Shown here: positions 1 to 13,920 of the stretch, one piece after another
Numbering within the stretch: the first letter of the stretch is position 1
How the letters are laid out: each line of letters opens with the position of its first letter
NCBI RefSeq assembly: GCF_018350175.1
Contig: NC_058368.1
Span: forward strand, 149,918,001-149,982,000
Source of the DNA: Felis catus
Taxonomy: Eukaryota
DNA: 64,000 nt
Direction of reading: 5' to 3'
Notes under the pieces: model-generated
Seen by the model: only the letters and a program-made list of their open reading frames with translations
Database searches by the model: none
What the model was told of the DNA's origin: nothing
Program-made: the position numbers and the translations under genes

Positions 1-109
1 AATTCCTACTCTTGCTCTGAAATTTCACTCTAAATGACACTTTCTTAGAACTGTCTTCCTTTCTCTCAACCTGCTATCTCATTCTAAGGTATCCTGTATT
101 TTACCATCT

Positions 110-260
110 GTAACAATGAGCATACTGAATATATGACTGTCTCTCCCATTAGACTCTAAGGCCTCTAATAGTTGAAGGCGTTCCTGTCTTCATCCTCAAG
201 AACAGTGTTTTGGCATATGGAAAGTGCCCAAATTTTGCCACTCAATTGAGATGAATGAAC
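110..260 (+). mobile_element. L2 LINE 3' remnant
   Basis: tgtctctcccattagactctaag...ggcatatgg...gatgaatgaa resembles the L2 3' terminus; old and diverged. Confidence 0.55.
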
Positions 261-817
261 CAGTTTTTTACTTCCATTTTGACTTCACTCCCACTTTTCA
301 AGTCCTCTGTGAGGGCAAAACCAAAATAGCTTACGTTGCTTTTGCGCATGTTTATCTACTTATATTTTTGATGTGTATATATTGATTCAAGTTCACAATG
401 CACTAAAACTAGAAATCACTTAGCAATCTTCTAGTTTAAAATTAAGATTTTTTTGTGGTTCTTTAAATCAGATTCATGACAGTATACTCCAGAGTTAGGA
501 GACTTAAGTTCAAAAGCATTACTCTAAATTGACAATAATCCTCATTATAGTTCTTTGACCAATATTTGCAGATCTACGAAATAAAAAGCTCTGTAAGTGC
601 AGCCCAACAATCTGGGTTAACAAGCCTTTCAGGTGACACTCAACTTTGAGAACTAATGATGTGGAAGTCCACGCTAAACTCATGTTTCGGATGAGCTCAT
701 GTTTTAACAATCAGGATGAATATAAATTATAACAAGATTTCAGATTCTTCTGAAACTTCAAGAACTATAGCAAAGGTGTACACTCTACTAGTTTACCTTT
801 TATATCAGTAAGATTAC

Positions 818-1028
818 CTTTAAATCAATTAGAAAGCCCTCAAATGGTCTATAAGGATTGTGGACAATAAGGTGGAAATTCAGTTGTTGTATAAGAAGTA
901 GTTCGTATTCCAAAATCTGTTCGAGTGCCTTCTCCTGTCCAAGAGGACTCTCCCGCAGATTTCCAACAAACTGTGGACTAGATACATTGAATTCATCTAC
1001 TTTGCAGGCCAAAAATGCACAAGTGAGC
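818..1028 (-). CDS. CCNH: Cyclin H, coding exon 4 (G + [13 protein letters not shown]...[15 protein letters not shown]); gene continues left of window
   Basis: 211 nt; acceptor tttttcgtctag|G completes the split ATG codon; donor AAG|gtaatc; cyclin-box FLACKVDE motif. Exons 1-4 total 525 nt = 175 codons. Confidence 0.98.
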
Positions 1029-2044
1029 CTAGACGAAAAAACAAAGGGAAGGGAATGGTATCTGTACAAACTTTGAGAAATACCTCAATATTTTATTTCT
1101 AAAAATAGGTTCTAAAAATGCATAATATTAATAAGTGACTACACTAAATATTGCAAGAAATTCATTTAAAAAAAAGAGAAAAAGGAAGTTTCCTGTTCAA
1201 ACTTTTTATCCATTAGGAGACTATAAAATTAGGTTGAACTGTATAATCTTGCCACAGCATTTATCCATTATTGACTACTATTAATGGCAGTTTTGTACAG
1301 TTCAACATAAATATCTAGAAAAATAACTGAAGAATAAAAGCACTCTGAATCATGAAATGTAGATGAAAGAACACAACAGTACACAGAGGTGTACCTGGGA
1401 AGGTAGGTTAAAAGAACACTGGAAGGCCATCAGTGATGTCTCTGAAAGCATTTCAATAGGGATTATTACGTCAGGAACTAATCTATGAAACTCTCATGGC
1501 TAATACCATAAATTTCAGGTAAGAAACTAGTAAACAAATTACCACAAAAATCAAAATTCGAAGTAACAAGGGCCTGACCTAGACTAGTAGAAATGGAAAT
1601 GAAAAAGACAGAAAATAAACAGGGACAATGTCACTGACAGCAAACTCTTTGATGAGTCTCACACTAACTTCATCCTTATGTTTAAGGGACCTTTATTAAA
1701 TTGAAGTGAATATGGAGCTACAAGACTTGTAAACTAACTGATGTACAAAGACAGGAGGTACCACAAAGGATTCTCATTGGAGCAACAGGGAGAAGAAAGG
1801 TGCCACTAACAGAAAGGATATTAGCAAAGTTAGTTTGAGAAAAACAGAATTTAAATTTGGACAAGCTGAAGTTCAGATGACATCAGTAGTACAGGGGGAA
1901 AGTACTGTAGATATATGACAAGTATAAGGATAGTGGAAATTCAAAACAGAACACAAGTCTAAATTATCAATACAAAGTCATTTTTTCCACAAATAGTATA
2001 AAAGACTTCTTAAATGAAAATCAATAAAGTAGCATTATACTCAC

Positions 2045-2118
2045 ATTATTATCCGGGGGTGATATTCCATTACTGAATTATTAAGATAAAAACGCTTGAA
2101 ATACATACAAGCTGTACC
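2045..2118 (-). CDS. CCNH: Cyclin H, coding exon 3 (GTACMYFKRFYLNNSVMEYHPRII + AT)
   Basis: 74 nt; acceptor cttag|GGT, donor AT|gtgagt; cyclin-box YFKRFY motif. Confidence 0.97.
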
Positions 2119-2232
2119 CTAAGATTAAAAATATATACATTATCAGAATCCACTCACACATACATGTTGTTTTATTAAAAGTTTTAAAAAATTTATTTAT
2201 GCAAAGGTTTCTTTAAAAAAGTTACCCATGCA

Positions 2233-2437
2233 GAGGCACCAGGGTGGCTCAGCCAGTTAAGCCTGACTGCAGCTCAGGTCATGATCTCACAATTTGTGAG
2301 TTCGAGCCCCGCATCGGACTCTGTGCTGACAGCTCGGAGGCTGGAGCCTGCTTTGGATTCTGTGTCTCCCTCTGTCTGCCCTGCCCCAACTCATGCTCTC
2401 TCAAAAATAAATAAATGTTAAAAAAAAAAAAAAAAAA
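2233..2437 (+). mobile_element. Can-SINE (SINEC_Fc family) in CCNH intron 2
   Basis: tRNA-like head, CT-rich body, AATAAA + poly(A); TSD AAAAAAGTTACCCAT on both sides. Confidence 0.95.
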
Positions 2438-2607
2438 GTTACCCATACAAAATACCAAAACTTCTTAATTCTTCTTTAATCCTATAAATTGTGACGAATT
2501 ACTATAGAAATGCCACAGCCAAAAGACCCTTTGTTGTTCCTCCTCACACACCCTGGGTTATCTTTTCTATGGGCACTAACTTAATTTCAAAAAGTCTGTA
2601 TTTATTA

Positions 2608-2820
2608 TTTTTTTAAGTTTATTTATTTTTGAGAGAGAGAGAGAATGAGACTGAGATGAGACAGTGCATGCACAAGCAGGAGAGGGACAGAAACAGAATC
2701 CCAAGCAGGGTCTGCATTGTCTGCGTGGAGTCCGATGTGTGGCTCGAACTCACGAACCGTGAGATTATGACCTGAGCTGAAATCAAGACTCGGACACCTG
2801 ACTGAGTCACCCAGGCACCC
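2608..2820 (-). mobile_element. Can-SINE in CCNH intron 2
   Basis: T-rich tail, (GA)n, ending ...cccaggcaccc; diverged TSD gt(c/g)tgtatttatt. Confidence 0.93.
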
Positions 2821-3059
2821 TGTGTGTATTTATTTTAGACTTGAGAATAACAAAGCCACCTAGATTAGAAGAAACCAAGAAAAACACACAAATATTCACA
2901 GCTTAAACCAGTCAATCTTGTCAAAACATTGACAGAATTAACACAGTTGGGGCAATAAACCTTCTCTCTAAATCCACTCTGGGTCTGTGTGATAGAATCA
3001 TGATCATGTTGCCAAACTAAACAGAAGAGGCACCTACCAATTATTGACCATATCCCATT

Positions 3060-3256
3060 TCCCAGACTCTGTGCCAAGCACCAATCTATTATCTTTTTTA
3101 TTCCTTACAACAGCTTGGTGAAGTATTGCCATCTCCACTTTATAGAAAAGGAAAATGACTACCAATGAGGTTAATGGTCTTATACCAGGTCACACATCCG
3201 ATGAGCAACAGGGGTGGATTCACCTAAGACCTGCCTGTACTTTTAACCACTATGCA
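3060..3256 (-). mobile_element. MIR
   Basis: ccactttatagaaaaggaaaatgac...gaggttaa...aggtcacaca...cttttaaccactatgc MIR core. Confidence 0.75.
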
Positions 3257-3702
3257 ATTCGGCTAGAACCAACAAGATAAACACTTATCTATTTTTAGAT
3301 AGGAAAAAAAAAAAACTTTTCTTTTAAATATTTTAAAAGTTTAACTTTGTCGTTTTATGTGAAACAACAATAAAATTTATCAGTCATAAATAAGCACGTT
3401 ATACAAAGACAAATTCCACAAATAAGTTTATTCAAGAATTCAGTTTCTTCATCTGAAAAGATCACATAAACCTACTGCCTTATGTTATAGCACTTTTATC
3501 AGAAAATAACAGAACCAAATCTGGAGACAGAAACTAATCAAGGCCATCTGATATTCTTCATAAATCTTTTATCTCTCAGATGAAGATCAGGTGAACTTAA
3601 AAACAAAAAACAAAAAACAAAAAAACATCACGAGTACTTTTGAACTTGGTATTTCCAATATACTTCAATTTATATTCAACTTTGAAAATGGAGATTATTT
3701 CC

Positions 3703-3899
3703 GGGGCACTTTGAGTAGCTCAGTTGGTTAAGCATCCAACTTTTGATTTCATGGTTCATGAGATGGAGCCCCGTGTCCAATGTGCTGTCAGCACGGAGCC
3801 TGCTTGGGATTCTGTCTCTCCTCCTCTTTTTGCCCCTCACTTGCTTGCCTGTGCAAGCTTTCTCTCAAAATAAATAAACATTAAAAAAAAAAAAAAAAA
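3703..3899 (+). mobile_element. Can-SINE in CCNH intron 2
   Basis: ggggcac head, poly(A) tail, TSD GGAGATTATTTCC. Confidence 0.94.
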
Positions 3900-4203
3900 G
3901 GAGATTATTTCCTGGGGGGTTATTCTCTATTGAGTCATAAGTTACTCACTCTATATAACTTTGAAACTTAAGATAGACTTTCACTCAAGACAGACTTTCA
4001 TATTTGATCTTCGCAACAAACCGGCAAGAGAATTAGGAAAAAATATTTTATACTCCTCCTTTTTTTCTTTCAGCTTTTCAACCTCAGCTGATGTTCAATA
4101 AACAAGAATACATTCTAAAGGAACAATTACAAGGACAGTGCGTGTAAATCCATATAGCCAAAAAGTCCGAACTACTTGTTTCTCAGCATTACCATACCAC
4201 AGT

Positions 4204-4205
<2 letters not shown>

Positions 4206-4253
<48 letters not shown>
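4206..4253. repeat. (AC)n microsatellite
   Basis: Perfect AC run of about 24 units. Confidence 0.99.
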
Positions 4254-4256
<3 letters not shown>

Positions 4257-4770
4257 GTTCTTAGAACCAGACATCGGAAACAACCACAAGACAATTTTTT
4301 ACCAAAAGATAAATCTCCAGCTTCTCCTAATCAAGGCTTAAAAACTTCTTATGGCATGAGTTTTAGCCGGGGCATCTGATTACAAATGATGAACGAAGGC
4401 ATTATTTCAAACGTGTGACAAACTTAAAAAGGCACTAGTCTGTGTTCTACTCCCAGCTCTATTGTTCGTTAGTTGAGAACCTGGAAAATTATTTAATCTT
4501 TTCTTTCTCTCTAAGATGAGGATGTCGTGACCTGTCTAGCAGATCTCAAAATTCTTCCAAAAATGAAATGAGACCTGAAATACTTTGTAAGAAACAATAC
4601 AGAAATTCCTAAATTAAGGAGTTTATCAAAAAATAACACAGAGTGACAGAAATGTGAATACATAAATTACATATTTATATAACTAAGGTGCATTTTTGAC
4701 TACAGCGGATGGAGAACTGAGTTACACATTTAGAAAAGTCCTGGTTTCAGAAGTCAGCTAAAGGACATTA

Positions 4771-4944
<174 letters not shown>

Positions 4945-5425
4945 TCAACAAATTCAATAATCTTAAAATACTATTCTCTATCCAGATTAAATTTAGTTTT
5001 CATCTTCAACCAAAGGGAAATACACCACGTCACTGTTTTTCTTAATAGAGCTACCAATTATTCCACAAAATAGCTTTAGTAAAATATTTGATAAACTGAA
5101 CTATACCATCATTTCACAGTTTTTCAGAATGTCAGCTGGATAGTTGCTTCTTCAGAGAAAAAAGAATGATGAGTGTGTGTGTGCATATGCTCACAAGTTT
5201 GACATCAATTACAAATCAAAAAGAAGATACACACTGTCATTGGCTGGAGAGCTCTCAACGTCCCTTTCTCAGTCATTAAGTCACACAGTTGAAGTAAAAA
5301 TCAGTAAGTGTCTCAAGGACGATTCTCACCCTTAAAACATTACCTCCTGTCTTTATACACTCTTCTACAGAATACACTAGATGGTTAATAATATAACACT
5401 TTTACAACAAATATCCACTAGGTAG

Positions 5426-5856
5426 TGTTATTGGTTTAATTATGACTACCAAAAAAGGGTATGTTGAAGTCCTAACCCCCCAGTACCTCAGAATGTGACA
5501 TTATCTGGAAACGTTCTCTGCAGATGTAATTAGTTAAGACGAGGTCATACTGAAGTACAGTGGGCTCCTAATCCGATACGACTGGTATCCTCATAAAAAG
5601 AACATGCCAAGATACAGATACAGAACACTATGTAGAGAGAGACAGAAAGCGAAGTTACATTGTCACAAGCAAAGGAATACCTAGGATTATCAGAAGCTGC
5701 AAGAGCAAAGATCCTGCCCCAGAAACTACAGACAGCATGGTCTGACAACTTTATCCCAGACTTCTAGCCTCCAGAACTGTGAAACAATACATTTCTGTTG
5801 TTTTAAGCCACCCAGTTTGTGCTAATTTTTTAGGGTAGCCCTAGGAAACTATCACA
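5426..5856 (+). mobile_element. MaLR solo LTR (MLT1B/C-like) in CCNH intron 1
   Basis: TG...CA ends; gaagtcctaacccc, ttgcagatgtaatt-like motif, agcctccagaactgtga, ttaagccacccagtttgtg. Confidence 0.88.
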
Positions 5857-5868
5857 GATTCTAATTTT

Positions 5869-6110
5869 ACAGAGGTAGTATGGCATTGTGGTTTAGAGCA
5901 GAAATTCCGGAACTAGACTCCTTGGGTTCAAATCTTGGCTCTGCCACAATGTAGCCCTGAAAAGTCACTCAACCACTCTATACTTCAGCTTCCTCAGCTG
6001 GAAAGCAAGGATAATGGCAGTATCCACTTCACGGGATAGTTATGAGGATTACAGGAACTCACTAAATGCTGAGAATAGTGCCTGGTACATACACAGCGTG
6101 GTATGTACTA
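5869..6110 (+). mobile_element. MIR
   Basis: gtatggcattgtggttta...gggttcaaatcttggctctgccac...cttcagcttcctcagctg...aatagtgcctggtacata. Confidence 0.85.
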
Positions 6111-6399
6111 CTTTGCGTAGTACAAAAATTAAGCCGTATGAATCAGAAGTGAACTAAACGGAAAAGTACCTGAGTACCAAAAGGTCTGAAACATGGAATA
6201 TTTGATGGAGGGAAGCTTGTACTAGAATAGGTGGTGCAATTTATGAAAAAAGATTAAACCGGCGTGAGTTATAAGAGAAAGGATTTGGCTGGCAGGCCCA
6301 AAGTCTAAACCATCCTCAATTGGTTTGTGCTAACCCGTCTCCTATTTCCCCGCGTCCACCGTGGCCCCGAACCCGCCCAATACATTCACCACCAGGTTT

Positions 6400-6839
6400 C
6401 CTGAGGTCTCTTTCTACAACAGAATCTGAAAGGTTAATTCCCCGTTTAAATATTCAAAGGTTCCCCATCTCATCATCATAAACTCAAACTCCTCACTTCA
6501 GCTGGCAAGTTTCTGCACCTGTTCAGACCTTCCGCGACACAGGACCCTGAGCATTCCAAGGCCCCGTCCGGCAACTTTCGACCTCCCACTTTGCACCTGT
6601 GGCTCTGTCCGCGCGGAACTTCCTTTCCCATCTTCTCTGCATTAACTACTGGGGAAAGCCTTCCCTGACATGGCCTCTTAACAAACGAAAGGCTCTGCTC
6701 CCTCACTACGTTAGCTTCCTACAAAGACCTTCCTTCGCCATGTTACTGATTACTCACCTGCCATTCGACTACGTTAAGGGCGTAGTTTGTCTCCTCAGCC
6801 TAAACACCTGGCAAGGTACCCGTCCGTTCGTTAAATAAA

Positions 6840-6840
<1 letters not shown>
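6400..6840 (+). mobile_element. L2 remnant at CpG-island edge
   Basis: aaactcaaactcct, ctttgcacctg, ggaaagccttccctgac, cctggca...gttaaataaa are L2 3'-region motifs. Confidence 0.55.
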
Positions 6841-7470
<630 letters not shown>

Positions 7471-7529
7471 ATGTAGAGGCCAACATGAACAATTCACAGG
7501 GGGAATAAGCGGACAAAGGGATCCGGGAA

Positions 7530-7700
7530 AGTCTCAACTTTTAAATAGGGTACATGAGGAGGTGACATCTGAGCAAAGACTTGAAAGACTTGAGGGAATA
7601 TGCCTATCCGTCACGCGGGGGATGATCTTGAGGCAGATGGAACAAAGTCCTAAGGCAGCAGCATTCCTGAGTCTTAAAAAGGCTGTGGCAGGAACATTAC
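7530..7700 (-). mobile_element. L2 remnant
   Basis: gaggaggtgacatctgagcaaagacttgaa...aaagtcctaaggcag. Confidence 0.6.
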
Positions 7701-8582
7701 AAAGAAAAGGCCTCAGAGAGCATGGAACATGGTTAAAAAGCTACAAGCGGTGCATATATATTGTTCCTTACTGTTCTGCCACTAATGTGACCCTGTCCTT
7801 TTCCTGTGATCGTTTCCTTCCCCATCTGTTGATTACTAGCCAGTCTCATCCCGTTTCCGTATCAGAAGCACTATGTATGGTAGTTTTAGGATTTTCTTGA
7901 ATTCATCTTCATTACTGCCCCAAGGGAGCCTTACAATAAACTATTGTTAATGCTTAAGAGATTTGCAATTTTTATTACTAGTATTTTCAAAATTGCATTT
8001 GTGATACAAAATCTATATGGATTCTAAAAGCCTTTACTGGTTTAGATATTTGTCCCATTTAGGCATACTTTATTCTGTGCATCACACATCAGGTTAGGAA
8101 GATGGACCTACTTGCAGCAAATAATTTTTCTAAAAACAAAAGGCAGATAAAGAGAGTTTAGGTCTTGAAATTTTACATAGGCAAAAGGAGGTGGCAAGAT
8201 ATCCAGAAATCTGCTTTCTATGAAATAGTTTTTAGAGGCTTAAGGGAGAGCTTTTTTGTTTCATTTTGGTAGGTGCAATTGAGGGTAGAGTTTGCTAGAG
8301 TTATTTGAATTCCTCACACTTGAATATTTGTAGTTTATCACTTTGGAAATCCAAACACTCCTTGAACATATGTTGGTGATTTGGACTAGCAAATTGGCTA
8401 AGAAAAGAGAAAGGAGAAAATGTGCTGATGTTAAGGAAGGGCATGGCAAGTTACGAGTCCAGTGGACTGTAAGCACCCTAAAATACTGTGTAATGGGGAA
8501 GAATAATTTTAAAGGAAAAACAGCAAGTTGCAAAAGATACGCAGGAAGTGAGGAAATGAGTATATATATGTATAAAATCTTA

Positions 8583-8804
8583 GGGGTGCCTGGGTGGCGC
8601 AGTCGGTTGAGCGTCTGACTTCAGCCAGGTCATGATCTCGCGGTCCGTGAGTTCGAGCCCCGCGTCGGGCTCTGGGCTGATGGCTCGGAGCCTGGAGCCT
8701 GTTTCCGATTCTGTGTCTCCCTCTCTCTCTGCCCCTCCCCCGTTCATGCTCTGTCTCTCTCTGTCCCAAAAATAAATAAACGTTGAAAAAAAAAATTTTT
8801 TTTT
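8583..8804 (+). mobile_element. Young felid Can-SINE (SINEC_Fc)
   Basis: CpGs largely intact (gggtggcgcagtcgg, gagccccgcgtcggg); TSD AAATCTTAG. Confidence 0.97.
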
Positions 8805-11800
8805 AAATCTTAGAACAATGAGTTATGTATACTATGTCAATTCTTTTTATTTTGTTTTACTGAAAGGCATTTGACAACTCCTTTAGTTTTATGTAAAAGG
8901 AAATAGAGATCCACATTTTAGAGAGATGGAAGAATAGGATTCCCACAGAATGAGAGTAAAATTGCTCACTGTCATAGTTCGTCAAGAAGACAAATACGAA
9001 AAACCTGGTGTTGAAAATATAACTATTTTTTTTTAACCTGTAACAAATCTTATCTAGCAAAATTAACACCATAGTTTTGGGATGTAGAAAGGTATCTAGA
9101 TTAACCAGCTACAGAATAAAGTTGTTACTGATGATGCCCTAACATTAAGGCTCATGTATGATTTCTTCTTATTAAGGTGACCAGGCTGGATGCAACATTA
9201 ATCACTATGTCTGAGTGACATTCCCCTGTTCAGCTTATTGAATATAAGTTTATTGCTATTTCTACGGTGGAAGGCAGACTGTGGACTGAGAACTTGGTGC
9301 CTTTACCTAGTTCCATTTAAATTCCTACTAAAAAGTAGCAAGTGTTTCTCTCCATGCCTTTTATTTTACTTATGGGAAAGTTTAAAGAATAGAGAGAAAT
9401 GAATTTCAAAATTATCAATACATGGTCACTTCTCCTCCACTTCCCACCCCAGCCCCATTACTTTAACATCACAATTTCCCCAACACTGGATGGAGATTCA
9501 AAACTTGAAAACAAAGATCATTTCAATAGGCACTATCCAGAAGTGAATGTTAACAGGAAAGATTACAGTGATTTTTTAAGTAAACACAATCTCTTTTATT
9601 GTCCTACAGTTGTTAAATTGTGTTACAGTATGTATTTGTTGACAAACTCTAAGTATTTTGACTGCATGCATTACCTTAAAACGAAGGACTGAATCTGAGA
9701 TCAGGCGATGCAAAACAGTTATCATCCGTTGGTCATGGTGGAAAGGCTCTATACTTGAGCCACATGCAATGCCAAAGTTTCTCATGACAGTATTAGGAAT
9801 TTCTCTTATTTTCTTACAAGGTAATTTTCCCTCTTCTTCAGCTCTGCCCTAGTGTTCTTAATGTTTTGGGAAAAATAAGGAATATCAAGCTGCTTGATGA
9901 GTAAAGGAAGAAAAGGGAAATTGGAAGGGTGAGGGAGTGCCCGAAGAATATATGTGGAACTTGGAATAATTTTGTGGTCCAGCAAAACATTAAGTGGGCT
10001 AATTAGCTTACAGTTATTTCCCAAACACACTAGTATAGCCGTATCCACATAGTTTCTGATTTTAGGGCTGTAAAGAAAAAAAAAATTTAAAGCTGGGAGG
10101 AAGAATAAGGCATATCTATGCTCACAGAAACACACAATATCCTTCTTCCTTTAAAATCTGACATGCAACTGTACCCCCCCTTCAGCTATTGACATGGGTG
10201 TCTGACATTCTAAATATCACTTGGCAATGATATTCAAAAACAGGCTCTTTGCAAATATATTTGATATATGCAATTAGCATTAGCTCTAAAATCCTTTCGT
10301 AGTAGTTTTTTCTTTCAGTTTTCAAGTTATGACTAAAAGAGAAAAGGAGCTGCTTGCAGTTAATACCGAGTTTCTCCAAAGTCTAAGACTAAAGTAAAAG
10401 AAAAAGAATAAACAACATCTAAAAAATGTCCTTGGTCTAAATGTAACCCCCCAAATTGAAACACTTTTTGTTTCATTTTAGGGCTATTTAAAATTAAAGA
10501 GGCTAGACAACACAATGGGGAGCAAATTCGATAAATCTGTACCCAATTCAGCATCTTCCTAAATCACCACTATACTCAGAGCCTAGTACTAATTGTTAGG
10601 TGGTGGTGATGATGGTGATAAGAGATTAAAAAATGGAGTATTTCACGGTCCCTATCTCAGGATTCTTAGACTATAGTAGAATGACTATGACATACACAGT
10701 CTCCTCACAATGACATGAACCTTGGGTAGGGCTCAACAGGGAGTGGGGTAGTAAGATTTCTTAACCCTAAGTGCTGATACCTGGTACTAATGTAGACCTT
10801 TATGTAGCTTGAAACCAATTGAAAACCCAGAGCCTACTTCATTCAACCCTTGCTAGCCATGGTTCATTCCACAGGCTTAGTGTCTCTTCGGATAGTCAGA
10901 GTTAGGTGGTCAATATGAAGGTGATTTCTGTGTTGTTGTCGTTTTGATTACTGTTAACCACCCCCTTCCCCAAAACAGTTGGGCTTAGTTCTCTTGAGAC
11001 CATATTTGGAAGTGATTTGTTACAACTTTATTCTTTGTCCATATCCATTAATCAATAGTGAGTACATCTATTACATAGAGTACCACATAATCATTTCCAC
11101 GATTGTATAGCAGTTTAACAGGGTGGAAAGATTTCACTTGTGACTCACCAAATTCTAGTATTTCCAGTTTTACTACTTGCTACTAAGTATTCTTGGGAAA
11201 GTCACTTTAATCTATTTTATCCTGAGTTTCATCTTTTGGACAGTGAAGGAAATAGTTCAATAGTTCAACCTACAAATAATTCAATAAATGTTAGTTATTA
11301 CCTAATGGATACCTAGAACAAGCTAATTGGAGGCTATAACACTTATGTGAATTTGGTTTTGTTATTGATATTGAAGGAGGCATCACTGCAGGTGCATGGG
11401 ATCTGCTTGGGCAAAGTAGAGGGGAACAAATTACAAGGTGTATCTGGAGACAGAAAAGAACATAGCTCGGATGGAGAATAAGGTGAATTAATTGAGACAT
11501 TAATTAGTAAGAAGATTAGCAGAGAGTGTTGAATGTGAAGCCAAGTAATTTGTATGTAATAATGTTAAAATTTTTGAGTGGGAGAGAAAAATAATCAGAA
11601 TGGCATTACTTTAATCTGGAAATTATTTGTGATTGTTTTAATAATGAAGACTTTATAAAATCCACATTAAAATAGGACAAGGGGGTCAATTCTAATGGTG
11701 AGGCCCAAATGTCCAAATATAAAATTAAATTCCTCACCACGTTCCCAGATAGATATGTGTGTCATACATATCATATAACATATGATATATGCTATATGAA

Positions 11801-12008
11801 ATGGGATATGTTGTATAATATGTTTTTGTGCGTAATTCTGGAGTGAGACCTGGGAGTCTGTATTTTCAAAAATCTTAGGTTCTTCTGATAATTAGCATTA
11901 CGTTTGGAAGTTTTTGCAAATGTAAAAAATATAGAACGTGGCAAAGCCCTACAGGTTGGATGGGTGGTAGGTTGAAAGACAAGCAGCGACTCTAAAATAG
12001 GGACTTTC

Positions 12009-12222
12009 CTTTTTTTTTTTAATTTAATTTAATTTAATTTTTTTTTATTTTGGGGACAGAGAGAGACAGAGCATGAACGAGGGAGGGGCAGAGAGAGAGG
12101 GAGACACAGAATCGGAAACAGGCTCCAGGGTCCGAGCCATCAGCCCAGAGCCTGAAGCGGGGCTCGAACTCGTGAACTGGCTGAAGTCGGACTCTTAACC
12201 GACTGCGCCACCCAGGCGCCCC
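12009..12222 (-). mobile_element. Young Can-SINE with small internal deletion
   Basis: Perfect TSD TAAAATAGGGACTTTC; lacks about 15 nt at ~12171 relative to the SINE at 50690-50903. Confidence 0.96.
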
Positions 12223-12254
12223 TAAAATAGGGACTTTCAAATATGAATGAATCT

Positions 12255-12545
12255 AACAGTCATTTGGGAGCTTGTTAAATGTAAATCAGAAATTCCCATT
12301 CAATACATCTAGAATGGAGCCCCAAGAATCTGCATTGTTACATTGAGTTCCCTTGAGTTCGGTGGTTTTCAAACTTTAATGTTCAACATACCCAGTTAGA
12401 GAGCTTGTTAAAACACAAATTGCTGGGCCCTACCACCAAGTCTTGAGTAGGACCAAGAATTAACATTTTTAACTAGTTCCCAGGTGATGCTGGGAACTTG
12501 GATTATACTTTGAGAACTACTATTCCAGTTACATCAGTGCAGGTG
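12255..12545. mobile_element. MER5-family hAT-Charlie fragments (MER5A1-like core ~12360-12522)
   Basis: gtggttttcaaactt...gcttgttaaaacacaaattgctgggccc...ttcccaggtgatgctg...actttgagaactact. Confidence 0.75.
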
Positions 12546-12547
12546 AT

Positions 12548-12788
12548 TTTTTAAATTTTTTTTATTATTTTTATTTTAAAACAAATATTCATTTTTGAGA
12601 GAGAGAAAGAGAGCGAGCGAGCACACGAGCAGGGGAGGAGCAGAGAGAGGGAGACACAGAACCTGAAGCAGGCTCCAGGCTCCGAGCTGTCAGCAAAGAG
12701 CCCAATGCAGGGCTCAAACTCACAAACCATAAGATAATGACCTGAGCCGAAGTCTGATTCTTAACCAACTAAACCGCCCAGGCACACC
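12548..12788 (-). mobile_element. Can-SINE
   Basis: Full body; diverged TSD ca(g/a)tgcag(g/t)tgattttt. Confidence 0.93.
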
Positions 12789-13167
12789 AATGCAGTTGAT
12801 TTTTAAAGCCCCGAGGATGACAAGCATGACAGCATACCTCATCATGGAGAGTCTCCACCTTTTCTATTAGGTTGAATGAAGGCAACCATACTTTTATTCC
12901 AGGTTACCTTTGTGAGAACAAATAATAGGAGATGCTTATTCATTTGTTGGCCTCATGTTTATACACAAGCAACATGACCACAGTGAAACTTAATGTCCAT
13001 TTGAAAAAAAAATTATTCATAACCACATTCCCACTGGCTAAAAAAGATGAGGAAAATTTCATTCTCCCACAACTGGATTAAAATATCCTTTGGTTATAGA
13101 GTAATAAAAATTACTAACCTCTTTATTGTTCTTCCATTGTTATAAAATTTAGAATTGAGATGATAAA

Positions 13168-13615
13168 AATATTAGGGTTCTCTAGAGAAACAGAACACTC
13201 ATACATACATATATTTGTATTTATTTATATATTTATATATCTTATAATTTATTATAAGGGATTGGCTTATGCATTTATTGAAGCTGAGAAGGTCCAGGAT
13301 CAGCTGTCTGCAAACTGGACACTCAGGAGAACCTATTTTAAGTTCTAGTCCAAGTGCAGGAAAGCATCAACATGGCAGTTGGAAAACAGGCAGAAAGAGT
13401 GAATTCACCTTTATCTGTCCTTTTGTTCCATTCAGGCCTCCAAAAGATTGGATAAGGCCCACCCACACTGAGGAGGGCAGTTTGCTTCACTCTGTCTACC
13501 AGTTCAAATGTTACCTCATCCAGAAACATTCTCAGACACACCCAGAACAATGTTCAACCAAATACCTAGGCACCCCCTGTCCTAGTCAAATTGACTTATA
13601 AAACTAACCATCACA
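13168..13615 (-). mobile_element. ERVL solo LTR (MLT2-like)
   Basis: ttagggttctctagagaaacagaac...gattggataaggcccacccacactgaggagggc...aaactaaccatcaca. Confidence 0.88.
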
Positions 13616-13920
13616 ATAATACAGTTTTACTGGAAACCAACCTGTTCATTTACATGTTATCATCTATGGCTGCTTTCATGCTAAGCAGCAAAGGTGAGTA
13701 GTTGGCCCATTAGGCCAAAAATATTTATTATCTGACCCTTTACAAAAAAAAAAAAAAGTTTGCTTTTGCTTTAAGAGTGCTTTAAAGTTTTTATGTAAGT
13801 GAAAATCATCTAGACTTTTTGTTAAAATGCAGAATCTGATCCATAGGCCAAGCACAAGATTCTCTATTTCTAATGTACTCCTGAGTATGGCCAATGCTGC
13901 TGGCCTGCAAAGTGTGTTCT
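13616..13920. mobile_element. hAT-Charlie fragments (MER58-like then MER5-like)
   Basis: ctatggctgctttcatgcta...aaaatatttattatctgacccttta; then tgttaaaatgcagaatctgat. Confidence 0.65.

Noticed and set aside
800..1069. 89-aa ORF as a stand-alone gene
   Set aside because: It is CCNH exon 4 plus intron read-through; splice sites delimit 818-1028.
8583..8665. tRNA-like A/B boxes
   Set aside because: tRNA-derived SINE heads followed by SINE body and tail; not tRNA genes.
8509..8769. Recurrent SINE-derived ORFs (e.g. MAQSV..., GRHRI.SRLQALS) across the window
   Set aside because: Translations of Can-SINE consensus, not genes.
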